Assembly (NCBI RefSeq): GCF_036321535.1
Contig: NC_087436.1
Location: 83,516,001-83,580,000, forward strand
Length of the DNA stretch: 64,000 nt
Source of the DNA: Camelus dromedarius
Taxonomy: Eukaryota
Direction of reading: 5' to 3'
The notes under the pieces were generated by a model, which saw nothing but the letters and a program-made list of their open reading frames with translations, was not told where the DNA came from and made no database searches. This document shows, one piece after another, positions 28,001 to 40,712 of the stretch. A program made the translations under genes and the position numbers. Numbering within the stretch: position 1 is the first letter of the stretch; every line of letters begins with the position of its first letter.

Positions 28001-28910
28001 CCTTGCCTGTAAATTTGCAAGGAAATCCTCACAACTGTCCCTTCCGCGCCCAGCTGGGTCGCCTGTATGGTGAACGGCTGCTGGCTTCTGGAGGCAACGG
28101 AGCCGGGCTTGGGGTGTGAGGCTGCACCTCACAGCTGGAGAAGCAACTTGCTCTGCAGTCAGCCAGCGTACTGCTGTTCTCAGCCTCCAAACTTCTTCCA
28201 GCAATGCTATTTGATCGCTGTCTCTCTACATTTACACTGCAGTCCACTTTGACCTTTGTTCCAGGGAAGCAGCTGAACCACCCAGCCAATCAGAGGAGCA
28301 ACTGCCGCAGGGCTTAAAGGCGCTGGCTGCTGCTTGCGCTGCTGCTGCCGCCGCCGCCGCCCCTCCTCCGGCTCCTCCGAGGGCTTGCCTAATTCTGGTA
28401 ACTCGAAACTTTCCTCCCAGCCAGTCCACAGACAAACGTGTCAGTCTGGGGAAAGCAACCAATAACCGCAGCAAGAGCAAAGGGTCTCTTGCTTCCCAAG
28501 GTTACGGAGGCTGCCAACAAGGAAATCCATTTGTCAAGGAAAGACACTGCCTCTGAAACTAAGGGGTTTTGTGGCAGAAGGCAGAAGAATGGTATAAAAC
28601 CACCCCCTTTCTTCCTTAAAAAAAAAAAAAAAAAGAAAGAAAGAAAAGAAAAGAAAAGAAAAATCAAACCACTAGCGTTGGAAGGCGTGATACTTTTGTA
28701 GAAGGAAGGCATACTTCTGAGACCCCTGCCGTACCCGTATTTCTTTCCTGCTGATGTTTGTTTACATTGCGGTGGTTACTAGTCACTGGTGACATCTCCC
28801 AAGGCACGTAGCTCCCATTTCTGGGGAGAACACACGTCCAAGACTGACTGTGTTCTCAAGGGACCAAAGTGGCTACTCCCATGGAAACTATTTCCACGTA
28901 TTATTTCTGC
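28001..28910 (-). promoter_or_regulatory. FAM13A: 5' UTR and internal promoter of the FAM13A short isoform (exact TSS not determinable)
   Basis: The most CpG/GC-enriched stretch in the window, directly upstream of the ATG. Contains a (GCT/GCC)n tract ~28325-28362, an NF-Y-type AGCCAATCAG (CCAAT 28286-28290), a second CCAAT 28459-28463, DR1 motifs 28243-28262, a forkhead TGTTTGTTTAC 28755-28765 and RCGTG cores 28805-28899. Confidence 0.8.
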
Positions 28911-29689
28911 ATTTTATCCTTAGAAAATTGAATGTGTTTATTTATGTAGTCATTTTTCTCTAAGAACATCACCAGCCTATTTTGGTTGGTTATTTATTGA
29001 TCTATTTTTAACAGGTAACACCAAATCAATTTCTCATAAGGTCTGCTAAATGCTTGTTAATTATCCAGCTTTCCCTTATAATTTCCTCTTCAGTGTAGAA
29101 CACTAAAGTATTATTTTAGGAACACATTTGTTAATCCATAGGTTTTATACACAGCAAGAACGGTAGAAATATATTTTAATAAGAATTCTTTCATAGTATG
29201 AGACTTGCTGAGAGTTACAACAAAGCCCAGAGCATTACTTTTAGTAGAAGAAAGGGCAGAAAGCCAGAGATTATGATGTTCACAAACAGAGGGGGCTTGT
29301 ATGACCAAAAGGTATCCTTCTCCCCTGTAGCTTCTCCCAGGTTTTTTTTTTTTTTTTTTTTTTTTAGCAGACTGTTCATAATTCTGAATTTAGAACACAA
29401 AGTCCTACTGGAAGCATCTACTGCCTTTGCTGTACCTGTTAATAAAAACACTTCACTGTCTGACTAAATCCTCTATCATATTTATAAAAATGAATTAGTC
29501 ATCCTGAACCTTATGTTCAAACATTATGATGGACTATCAGTAACTTAAAATCAGCCTTTTAAAACAATGGAAGTTGACTTAAGTCCAGAACTTACTTTAA
29601 TTGAAATTATCAGTATTGTCTTCGTTTTGATTCTAGATTTGGAAATTCTAATTTGATTCTCCAGTAACAATAACTTAGTTCTATACATT

Positions 29690-29930
29690 TGCTTAGGTTT
29701 TTCATGTTTCAAAAATGCCTTCACATTTTGCTTAACACTTCGATTAACTTCTTGAGTTAGGAGATCACTATATTTTATATCATAATCTCTATCTTACTGC
29801 TAAGTAAACTTGGTACTAGAAAATTAAGCAGTTTGTTCAAATTCACATGGAAAGTTAGTGGCAGAAAAGAAATTGGATTCAGAACTTCTGAGGCCTGCTC
29901 CAGAACTCTGCCATTCATCATAGTGCCTAC
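29690..29930 (-). repeat. MIR remnant
   Basis: aattaagcagtttgttcaaattcacatggaaagttagtggcaga...ggattcagaac. Confidence 0.55.
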
Positions 29931-30559
29931 TTTATTCTACGTGCATTTTTGAAATATCTCATATGATAACAAATATTTTTAGAAATAGTTAAAATTCAAA
30001 TGACAGAAATAATATTTTGTCTTTTCTGATTTTAATGTCACATCAATACTTTATGGCTAAAATAGACACAGGAGTTCAATAATAAAGGACCCAACACTAC
30101 AAAAATATATTAAATTGAACTACAATTTACATTCAACATATCCTAGACGTAAAATACTGGTGAATAGGAGCATTCAAATGTTAACATCTGATTCCACATA
30201 TATTTCCTGATAAATTAAGTCTTCCTATCAACATTTCTCTAACATGCCATACTAGTAGGGAGATGTCAGCAGTTCTTTTTTAAAAACAGGCACATTCCTG
30301 GCTCTCCTCAGCATTCAGTTATTTCTAGAACAGGTTCACTAGCATCCTCCTCTGCTTCTTCACCCTTTATAAATCGTGCCAGCTGAGGGCTCTACTGCCA
30401 GACTGCTAAACACTGCAAAAGAAAGTCACAGAACCCTAGCCACGAGCTAGACTAAAAATTCATGCTATTTAATCTCGGCATGAACCTCAATACCGTGTGG
30501 CAACCTTTGTAGTTGCCTTTGACTATTTTTCACTGCATTCCCACAGAAACTGTGGCCCA

Positions 30560-32295
30560 TCTCCAGCGCCACAAATCTGCCTCTCTCAGTCACTAATTAC
30601 CTTGCCTCCTGAATATACTAAGAAAGTCAAGCTCATCAAGTAGGACTGAGTGCCTCTAATCTTCTTGGCTTTAAGAGTTGAAGTACACCCCCCGCCCCCT
30701 GCAAACACACACACACACACATCTTGCCTGTTCTTCTTGACTTCCTAGTCCATGAGAACGAACAAGTCCCTACTCATAGGACTCAAACCTCTTATCCATG
30801 TATTGGATCTCATCGTTTTCTCTCTCTGGAAGAAGCCTGATCTCTCCCCTTTTCCCCCGACTCCAACACTTTTCCTCAGAAGTCCTCCCCTCCCCTCTGG
30901 TGACACAGCGCCATTTCCCTCTCCTCTCCACCAACAGGCTCCTTCAAAGCCCACCTCTGCTGCTCCCACATCCTCAGAAATTTCTCCTCCACCCCACACC
31001 AAGGGACTTCAAACACCACCAGGTTTCTCAAACTGCTTTTAAGGCCACCGATGCTCTTTGGACCACTAGATCTAAATGCTCTGTCTCAGATCTCTCCCCA
31101 CGCTTAACTTTTCAGAAATACCCACCTTCGATTTTCTGAAAGCCTTTGGCTCCCTGTGATCATTCCTGGGGATTCTCCAAGTGTCCCTGATCACTCAGTC
31201 CTCCTTTTATTTCACCTGTCTTTCCTCCTCTCTTATGCCCTTCCCGCCTCACCTCCCAGCCCCACATCTTTCAATATGGGCATTTTATTAGGGCTTAATA
31301 AACTGCGCTCTGGAATTATGCTCCAAGGGACTGGATCCCGACTCTACCGCAGACAGGCTGTGTAAACTTGGACCAGTGGTTTAAAAGCTCTGAAGCTGCT
31401 CTGAGGAATAAATGAGATCATGCGTGTAAAACATGTAGAACAGTGCCTGGCAAATAAGTGCTCAATAATTAGTAATATTATCCCCCTAATCAACATGTTC
31501 AAAGCCTTATGTGATCTGATTCCTCCAATTCTCCTCCTCCTGGCCCCTCTTGTTAATGACGATATTCTTCTCTTTATGAATCACATTCAAAGCATGAGTC
31601 ATCTTTACTCCTCCCTTTCCTGAACCAAATCTGTTGATTGTCCTGTCAGGTCTGTTTCGTCAGTCCATTTGCCAATGTTTGGTCTTTGGCAGTATCATGA
31701 TAACCTTCAAAGTGATCTTTCTGCTTCCATTCACCCTTTCTCCAAAGCATCCATTTCACTATTAGAGTGAATTTCCTACTGTGATGGTGATCTGCTCACT
31801 CACTCCTCTTCTCAAAAGCTTCAAAAGCTCCCAACTACCTCTTCAATGAACCCCAATTCTTTTAATATGATGATGATGAAGACCCTCCACCGATGAACCC
31901 CAATTTACCCTTCCGGTTTAACTCAACTGCTTAGATCTCCTAAGGAAACCACTCCAGAGGGACCTGGACACTGTCTTCAAATCTGCTCTGGGCTTCTCTA
32001 CCCCAAACGTTTGATCGTACTATTCCCTCTGTCTGGAATATTTTCCCACTCCATCTCCTCCTGGCAAAATGCTGTGCATACTCAGGTTTAGGCCAATGGA
32101 ACAAATCTTTTGCCCCTTTTAACTCATACAGTCCTTTGCATCTCTTATGATGTCTCTCCTTTTTTCCCCACATAGTTTTATTAGTATCTGAATCTACATA
32201 TTATCTCCCTATTGGACTGTTAGCTCTCCAGGACAAAGCTCTATCTTCACTGCAGTCATTAAACAGAACACTCAGTATGGGCTGAATGAATGAAC
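30560..32295 (+). mobile_element. Decayed L2 with a nested MIR (~31290-31460)
   Basis: Pyrimidine-rich L2 ORF/3' motifs ending in gctgaatgaatgaa; MIR motifs aaatgagatcatgcgtgtaaaac...cagtgcctggca. Confidence 0.65.
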
Positions 32296-33582
32296 TGACA
32301 GATCAAACACTCTTCACCAGAGACTGATATATAGCTCCTTTGATTAGACTTTAACTTATCAAGAAATATTGCTACCTACTTTTTAACATTTCCCCTTGTA
32401 GGCCTACACTTAAGATAAAGCAGACGCCTCCTATAGGTTCAAATGAAGGATAGTGATAACCAACACCTGACTAAAGAAAGAAACCGCCGGGGTTACACAC
32501 TGATGTGCAATCACAGAGTTGTACAAAGTAAGGTTCTATCCAAAACTTTCCAAATCCTTTAAGCATTTTACATTATTTCTCCTCGGTTGTCTGTTTCCTT
32601 TTCTACACTTCAGCTGGCTTGCAGACTTCTAATTTTCTTACATAACTTCTTTAGCAGATTCCAAGAGTTTGGTAATAATGTGTGTTTGCACTTGTGCTAT
32701 CAAGAGCAACAATTGCTCCAAAAATGATGTGGCTTCATTTGTTTTAATTTCAACATCAATTTGAAGCAACCGAAGAACCAAGAACATTTCGTGGCCACAC
32801 TAATTTGTTTTCATATACTGTTTTAATAGCAGATCGATTTGTTTCCTGAGACAAAATGATATATTAAAATAATTTCTGTCTTACAAGTTTGGTCATAAGG
32901 TGCTTCTCAGGCAAGGTTTCTTCCTCATATTTTTGTCAATCTTTAAAAACTGCACTAAGGAGCAATACCTCCCACAAGACACTCACATAGTATTCATAAA
33001 TGGTGATGGCTCAATCTGATAGGGGTTTTCATAATTATGAAGCCAGGATTTTTAGGGAGTGTATAATTTAGATATTCTGGTATTGCTGCATGGGTCCTGA
33101 TTAAACTTGCTCTCTGGCAATCTGTGTTAGAACACGAGTGAATTTCAGGCCTCATCAGAGGATATCATTATCATCAACAAAAAATATCAAAAATAAGAGA
33201 AGGGGGAGAAGGAAGCGAAGCGGTGGAATATATAAGGCAACCAGACTTTACTGAGAGGCTAGGCTGTCCTTATTCTAATAGATGTGGAAATGAAGCTAAT
33301 TAACTTGAGCACTCAGCTCATAAATGACTGACATGAAGCCAGCACTGGAATGCCATAGCATCTCCATCATACAAAAGCTTTTCGCGATTACGCAGTATCA
33401 TACTTACTCACTGATAATACACATTATCAACTGGCTTTAGGAAATAGAGAATCCTTTCTTTCGGTCGGAGGCTTATATTCAGATGACTGCATGTATAGTA
33501 AATAAGGCCTATACAGCCTTATAATGGCTGTCTGAACCAAAGACATCCTGTGGATAAGAACAAACCTCTTCTGCTGCTCTTA

Positions 33583-33584
<2 letters not shown>

Positions 33585-33666
<82 letters not shown>
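33585..33666 (+). repeat. Perfect (GT)41 microsatellite
   Basis: Direct reading. Confidence 0.97.
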
Positions 33667-33667
<1 letters not shown>

Positions 33668-34505
33668 GTGTAATGGTAGAAGCCAGCTGTAGCTGCAGTG
33701 GGGAAAGGAAGTGGTTTACACAGTGCAGAGGGAAAGAGGAAGAAAGAAAAAAAGATGGAAAATCAAAGTTTTAAATTGTATTCTTAATTGTATTCCTCTT
33801 ACTAAGAAATTAATATATGGAAATGACAGGAAGACTGTCAGTTGTTTTTATGTAAAAAAAAAAACTCTATAGTATTTCTTAACTCAAAGAACGAGTATAA
33901 AACCTCATATAAGATTTATGTGAGGAAGCAAACCAGTGGCATTCAGAACAGGTTCATGCTCAGAGGAATAAGGAATTTCTAGTTAAACTGTTTTTCTTTA
34001 GTAACAGCAGAAACAAATACACTTGCTTTACATAAGGTAGACGTAAAAAATAACTAATGAACATAATTAAAATGTTTCCTCACTTATTTCCGAGACTTAT
34101 TTAATCTTTATTAGAAGATTGCTGGGGGGAAAAATCCCTTGGGGATGGATATTATATAATTATTTTTCTGAAGACACACCTCTTTAATTCTAATTGCTTT
34201 TAAAACTGTGCATGGGGTGATTTCAATGTATCTGATCAGCCTTAGTGGACTCTTCAAAGGCTCACAGGGTTCTCCTACTCAGGTTTTAAAATCTCGTGGA
34301 GCTGCCATGGAGCAGAGGAGAAGGCTGCACACAGTGGGGCAAGGCAGACAGGCGCCCACAGCAGGAGAGGTACGTCTCAGGCTTCTCTCCACTCCACTGA
34401 CACTTGGATTTGACCAACCGGTTCCAGCCTTCCCAATATAAATGTCAAAACATTCACCAGAAAGACTGAGTAACGATTTCTTATCAAAAGACAAGTAATT
34501 ATAAT

Positions 34506-34607
34506 ACATACCTGCTGTGGGGAATATAGCCAATATCTTATAAAAAACTGTGAATGGAATATAACCTTTAAAAATTATATAAAAAATAAAAATTAAATAA
34601 AGAAATA
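34506..34607 (+). mobile_element. Short L1 3' tail with TSD aattataat (34497-34505 / 34608-34616)
   Basis: gggaatatagccaatat...aatggaatataacctttaaaaatt plus A-rich tail. Confidence 0.7.
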
Positions 34608-35384
34608 AATTATAATTTATGGTACGTAAATATACAGTGAAATACAAATTCATACAGATGCTCTATTTTTTCTTAAAAAAAGTGAATTTCTTCTAATAAT
34701 TAAGGGACTGCAATTTCTTCATAAAAAGTGGTTAAAAATAAATTCTATGAGACAACTTACATAATTGTTCTCCAACTTTCTGGGACGGGGAAAAATCCAC
34801 ATTTTTGCCAGATGGAATCTCAGTTAGTGATCACTGCCAATAAATAAGTGCTCGAGCACATTTTCCTGGAATGGGACTCCCTGGGCATGACTTTCTCTAA
34901 ACCTCCCTTGGGAGTCCAGATAATAGTGTTTCTGTTCTCACAAAATAAGTCATGTCCCACACAACAGCTGCTACCACACCTGAGATCAGCTGCCTTAAGA
35001 CTGTCCCAGTGACCTTTCACCCTGTTAAACGATATTTCCTGGCAGAGGAGAAACAGGCTTCAGTAGGGTTTCCTTAGAGAAATGTCAAAATTGTTTAGTG
35101 TGATATGGTAACCGACTGGTAATCATAACTGATTCTGTATCCCTAAAACACAAGACAAACTCTTCAAAAACTCTTCGTATTTCCAAGACATGAAACACTG
35201 GGCATGAACACCAAATCTCTCACTGTTGCTACACTGGCTAGGAAAATTTATTTACTTTAAAACAATGTGGCCTGCTTTGCTTTGAACTAACCCAATGAGT
35301 AAATAAGTGAAAATACACTAAGAAGGGGAAAATAAGAGGAAATAGTGATTATTTGTATTACCAAGAACAGGTCACACTAAAAAA

Positions 35385-35693
35385 CAAACAAATAAAACAA
35401 ATTAATATAACAAAACAGAAACACCTCACAGATATAGAGAACAAATTAATGGTCACCATTGGGATGAGGTAAGGAGGGAGGGGCAAGATGTGGTAGGAGG
35501 TTAAGAGACACAAACTGCTATGCATAAATTAAGCTACAAGAATATACTGTACAGCACAGAGAACATAGCCACTATTTTACAATAACTTTAAGTGGAATAT
35601 AATCTATAAAAATCTTGAATTGCTATGTTGTACATCTGAAACTAGTACAATGTTGTAATCAACTATACCTCAATTAACAAAAATTTTAAAAAA
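35385..35693 (+). mobile_element. L1 3' end (artiodactyl/L1MA9-like)
   Basis: cacagatatagagaacaaa...tactgtacagcacagagaacatagcc...aatcaactatacctcaatt. Confidence 0.85.
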
Positions 35694-35751
35694 TCACAGT
35701 AGGTGTGCCTTAAATCTCCAACATCTCTAGAGCATTTTAAATGATTTGATT

Positions 35752-36542
35752 TACAAAACAATGAAGTATCACCTCATACTGGTCAGAATGGTCACCATTA
35801 AAAAGTCCATAAACAATAAATGCTAGAGAGAGTGTGGAGAAAAGAGACCCTCCTACACTGTTGGTGGGAATGTAGTTTGGTGTAGCCGTTATGGAAAACA
35901 GTATGGAGATTCCTCAAAAACTAAAAATAGACTTACCATATGATTCAGCAATCTTACTCCTGGGCATAAAACTGGAGAAAACTCTAATTTGAAAAGATAC
36001 ATGCACTCCAATGTTCATAGCAACACTATTTACAATAGCCAAGACATGAAGAACCTAAATGTCCATCAACAGATGACTGGATAAAGAAGATGTGGTATAT
36101 TTATACAATGGAATACTATTCAACCATAAAAAATAATGAAATAATGCCACTTGCAGTAACATGGATGAACCCAGAGATTATCATACTAAGTGAAGTAAGT
36201 CAGTTAAAGACAAATATCATATGATATCACTTACATGTGGACCTTAAAAAAATGACACAAATGTCATTCACAGAAATAAACAAAATTATGGTTATCAAAG
36301 AGAAAAAAGGAGGAAGAGGGATAAATTAGGAGTTTGGGATTAGCAGATACAAACTACTACATATAAAATAGATAAACAACAAGGTCCTACTGTATAGCAT
36401 AGGGAACTGAATTCAAAAGCTTGTAATAACCAATAATGAAAAAGAATATATATATATGTATAACTGAATCACTATGTTTCTGATATACAGACCAGAAACT
36501 AACACAATGCTGTAAATCAGCTCTACTTCAATAATAAAAAAG
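35752..36542 (+). mobile_element. 5'-truncated lineage L1 with 12-bp TSD
   Basis: ORF2 C-terminus and 3' UTR. TSD aatgatttgatt (35740-35751) / aatgatctgatt (36543-36554) next to a tttt/aaa endonuclease-type site. Confidence 0.9.
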
Positions 36543-38279
36543 AATGATCTGATTAGAAAAAAAACTTTTAAATTCAATGTCTCAGAGAATTGGACCCATT
36601 GCATTATAGCTGAGCATGTGTTATATCTTCTCTTTTAAGTGCTATTCATATCTAGAGCGTTCTTAGAAATCAAAATGAATCCAAAAAAGTTTTTCTCATT
36701 GAATTTTAGTGAAGAGGTATACCAGTTGGACAAAGAAATTTCAAATAAGTTAAGAAATAAACTGAACTTATAAATAAATACATAATTAATAAAACCAGTG
36801 GTCCCCCCCTCAAAAGGCAATGCAATTTATTATTTAAATAGATTAAAAAATGCTTTGAAAATTGAATCATGATTCCATAACAACTTTTGAAACTATTACT
36901 TCAGGAAGATAACTCTGAAATATAAATCAATCCAATCTGAAGAGTCTGGAAACAACCTAGTGAAACACCCTTGAACAAATATGAGTGCTTTTGAAAATAA
37001 CATCATCCTAGACTTCAAATCGCTCTATATGAAACAGATAAATGGTATAGAATTTGGCCGAACTAAGCCATCATAAAATGGATACTCTGTTACTAAGGCG
37101 GTTTAAATGAGAGAATATTGCCTCTCTCATTCTACCTGAGTTCACTACCACCACCTACATTTTTCTATTTCCCTCATCCCTCCCTTCAATTAAAACTTTT
37201 ATTACTTCAACTCTGAGAACATCTCTCATAATAGGTTTTACTGAGTTTGGTCTTTCCTACCGTAAGTCCAGATGGTACGGAACAGATCTTCCCCAAACAC
37301 TGCTTTGTCAAAAAGCTCTGGTTGCTCTTCAGAGCTTGACAAAGTAAAGTCCAAATTCTCTACACACACACAGCAGGGCCCTTCTACTCCTCCATATCCA
37401 CACACATTATTGCTCTCTCCTTCACATGCACTGGGGCTCCAGGCAGGCTGAACTGCGCCTGCCCACTGTTGTGCTCTACTTTCCCCGTTTTTTTCTGTTC
37501 AGGCATTTCTCCTAGCAGAGATCTCCCCCTCCTGACCCCATTCCCACTCACCCAGGCAAAACTTAGTCTCTCTGGGCTTCTCATATGCTGCCCTTTCTGA
37601 TTTCCCATTCAGGGGATTTTATCCTCTTGAATGAGTAAAGCCATAATTGTCAAGTCCGAAAGCAGTTCAGTTACCACTCGACGTGATTTCTCTAAATCTG
37701 ACAATTACTGCGTCTTCCTTGAAGCATTTGTCATCCTTTATTTAAAAGACAACAAAAAGCTTTTTCTTATTACAAATTATACAATCTACGCTCACATAGA
37801 AAATCTAGAAAATACAAAGAAGAATGTAAAAGTCAAACACGATCCCATCACTTACAAAACTAGTGTTACTATCAGTATGATTATATATTCTTCCATTTTT
37901 TCTATTTATATATAATGTATATAATTATATACAAAGATGGTACAATATGAAGGTACTTAATGTCACTGAACCATATACTTAAAAATGACTGAAATGGTAA
38001 ATCTTCTGTTAAGTACATTTTACCACAATAAAAAACACAGGATTATGCAGTGTGTACTATTTTACAACATTTTCATTTAATAATCAGAAACATATTTCTG
38101 GGTCATTTCTAATCCTCAAAAAAATTTTATGCTTATCATATTTTTATCCATGATGATAAGTTTAATCATTTGGTTTAAGTAGTGATTTCTAGGTTTCTCC
38201 ATTGTAAAAAAAAACCTTTTTTCTTTTTAATGAAAAATTACCTGTGAAATGATAATTCAAGACTGTGAAAGTTTAGATT

Positions 38280-39500
38280 CCAGATGTTTGAGCATATATT
38301 TTGAAGGTAGAGCCCAAAGGACTTGTTGATGGATTGGTTGAAAAAGTAGAAAAATCACAGATTCTTGGCATGAGTAACTGGGTGAATGGTACAAATTATT
38401 GAGATGGGGGAAAACCTGGGTAGAAATAGGATTGTCTTTTTTTAGACAGGAGTGTAAATTAGGGGTTCTGTTTTATATACATTGAGTATGACATGCTCAT
38501 TAAATATCCAGGTGTACTTGTCAGGGAGCCAATAGGCAGGGCTGGCCTCGGGGTCATATGAAATGTGTAGTTCCACAGAGCCTACACTCAGAAAGCCCCA
38601 TATTTGGTTTAATGCTCTGCTGTTGCCATCTTGAAATTCTCAATAGTTTTTAACAGAGGGCTCCACATTTTCACTTTGCATTGGTGGGCCACCCCAAAGT
38701 TAAATAGCTTGTCCTGCCAGGAAGATATAACAATTTGCAGTGCAAAGGAGAGGTTGGAGCTGAAGGTATGATTTTGGAGGTCACAGGAATAAAATGGTAT
38801 TCAAAAATGTGGGCCTGGATGAAAGCACCCAAGATTGACCACAGCTTGAGAAGAGGTCATAGGACTGAGCCTGGTGGTGCTCCAACCTTGAGAGTTCTGG
38901 AAAAGACAAATTTTACAAACAGGACTAATAAATGGTGTCCAATAAGACGAGAACGAAAGTAGGAGAGTGTGGTACTACAGAAACAAAGTGAAGAGAGTGC
39001 TTCAAAGTGGCATCATTAGTTGGTCAAATGCTGCTGATGGAGTAAGATGGGACTGACCTTTGGATCTGGCAAGATGGAGACTGTTGGTATCCTTGTCAAA
39101 AACAATTTTAGCAGTGTGTGGGTTGAAGAAAGAATGGGAGGAAAGGCTATGAAGACATTAAGTACGTATGATCCTTTAGCAGAGGTGTGCTCTAAAGAGA
39201 CGAGGGATACTGTTTTTCGGGAGGGATTAAAAAATGTTGAGAGCTATTATAAAGTGCTTCTATGCTGATGGGAAGAATCTTGAAGGGCGAAATTGATGTT
39301 ATAGAGGAAGGAAGTGATTATCTTAACTTAGTCCTTGAGTGAGTATGAGAGAATGGGGTTCAGAGGACAAGCACGAGTGCTGACCCCAGAGAGTTACAAG
39401 CCCAGACCACCCACTGTGACAGGAGAGAAGGCAGAGGAGTGTAAGGGTCCAGCATGGATGTTCTGGTAGCTTTGGGAAGCAGGAGGATGACAGCGGTCTT
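38280..39500 (-). mobile_element. Decayed L2 containing MER53
   Basis: ttttgaaggtagagccc...gatggattgg, ggcatgagtaactgggtgaatggt, gtcaaatgctgctgat...gagtaagatg. Confidence 0.65.
38537..38716. mobile_element. MER53 hAT DNA transposon
   Basis: cagggctggcc...ttggtttaatgctctgctgttgccatcttgaaattct...cattttcactttgcattgg...gtcctg. Confidence 0.8.
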
Positions 39501-39664
39501 CCCTGACTGCTGTGTGAAACTGGATAAAATCTTTGCATTGTGCTGTCATATTTTATAAATCTAAGCCATGCTTATTTCTCTACTAAACTGAAGTTCCTGT
39601 TTTTAGAAAACAAAGGTGATGAGAGAACAGCTAAGATGCTTAGCTTTGGGTTTTTTTCTAAAAT

Positions 39665-40712
39665 CAAACTCAGATGTTTGATGAGGCAACCAAAAAGACA
39701 GTTCGATGGGAAAAGAATAGTCTTTCCAGCAAATGGTGCTGGGACAAGTGAATATCCATATGCAAAAGAATTAAGTTGGATCTTTACCTCACAGCATATA
39801 TAAAAATTAACTCAAAATGGATGAAATACCTAAATAGGAGAGCGAAACTATAAAGCTCTTAGAAGAAAACATAGATGTAAATCTTCATGACCCTGGATCA
39901 GACAATGGTTTCTTAGATAGGATATAAAGTCATAAACAAAAAACCCAGATTAATTGGACTTCATAAAAATAAAACTTTTGTGCTTCAAATGACATTATCA
40001 AAAAAGTAAAAAGACAACCCACAGAATGAGAAAATATTTGGAAATCATGTATCTGATAGTTAGTAACCAGAATATATAAAGAACTCTTCTAACTGAATAA
40101 TAAAATGACAAATAATCTAATTTTGAAAAATTGACAAAGGATTTGAATTGACATTCCTCCAAAGAAGATATATGGATGGTTAATAAACACATGAAAAGAT
40201 GCTCAACAGCATCAGTCATTAGGGAAACACAAATCAAAACCACAATAAGAGACCATTCTACACCCAAGCAGGATGATCACAATAAAAAAGACAGTAACAG
40301 GTCTTGGTCAGGATGTGGAGAAACTGGAAACATCATACATTGCTGGTGGGGATGCAAAATGAAGTAGCTGCTTTCATAAACAGTTCATCAGTTCTTCAAA
40401 AAGTTAAACATAGAGTTACTATATGATCCAGCAATTCCACCCTTAGGCATATACTCAAGAGCACAGAAAACATATGTCTATAGGAAGACTTGTACATAAA
40501 TGTTCATAGTAGCATTATTCATAATAGTCCAAAAGTAAAAGCAACCCAAATGTCCATCAATAAAAAAATGTAATGTATATAGACAATGGAATATTACTCA
40601 GTCATAACAAGGAATGAAATACGATATGGATGAATCTTCAAAACATATGCTAAGTGAAAGGCAGCAGACCCAAAAGGATATATATTCTGTGATTTCATTT
40701 ATTTGAAATGAC
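39665..40712 (+). mobile_element. L1MB/MC-type ORF2 3' fragment
   Basis: ORF 40176..40367 ([21 protein letters not shown]) is the ORF2 C-terminal region. Confidence 0.9.

Noticed and set aside
28232..28480. ORF with poly-Ala (GGAGGGAAAAAAAAQAAA)
   Set aside because: Produced by the promoter (GCC/GCT)n tract; no AUG start, no splice support and no recognisable protein
32642..32845. 204-nt AG...GT-bounded candidate cassette exon (minus strand)
   Set aside because: Stops in all three frames, weak exonic donor context and no similarity to FAM13A that I recognise
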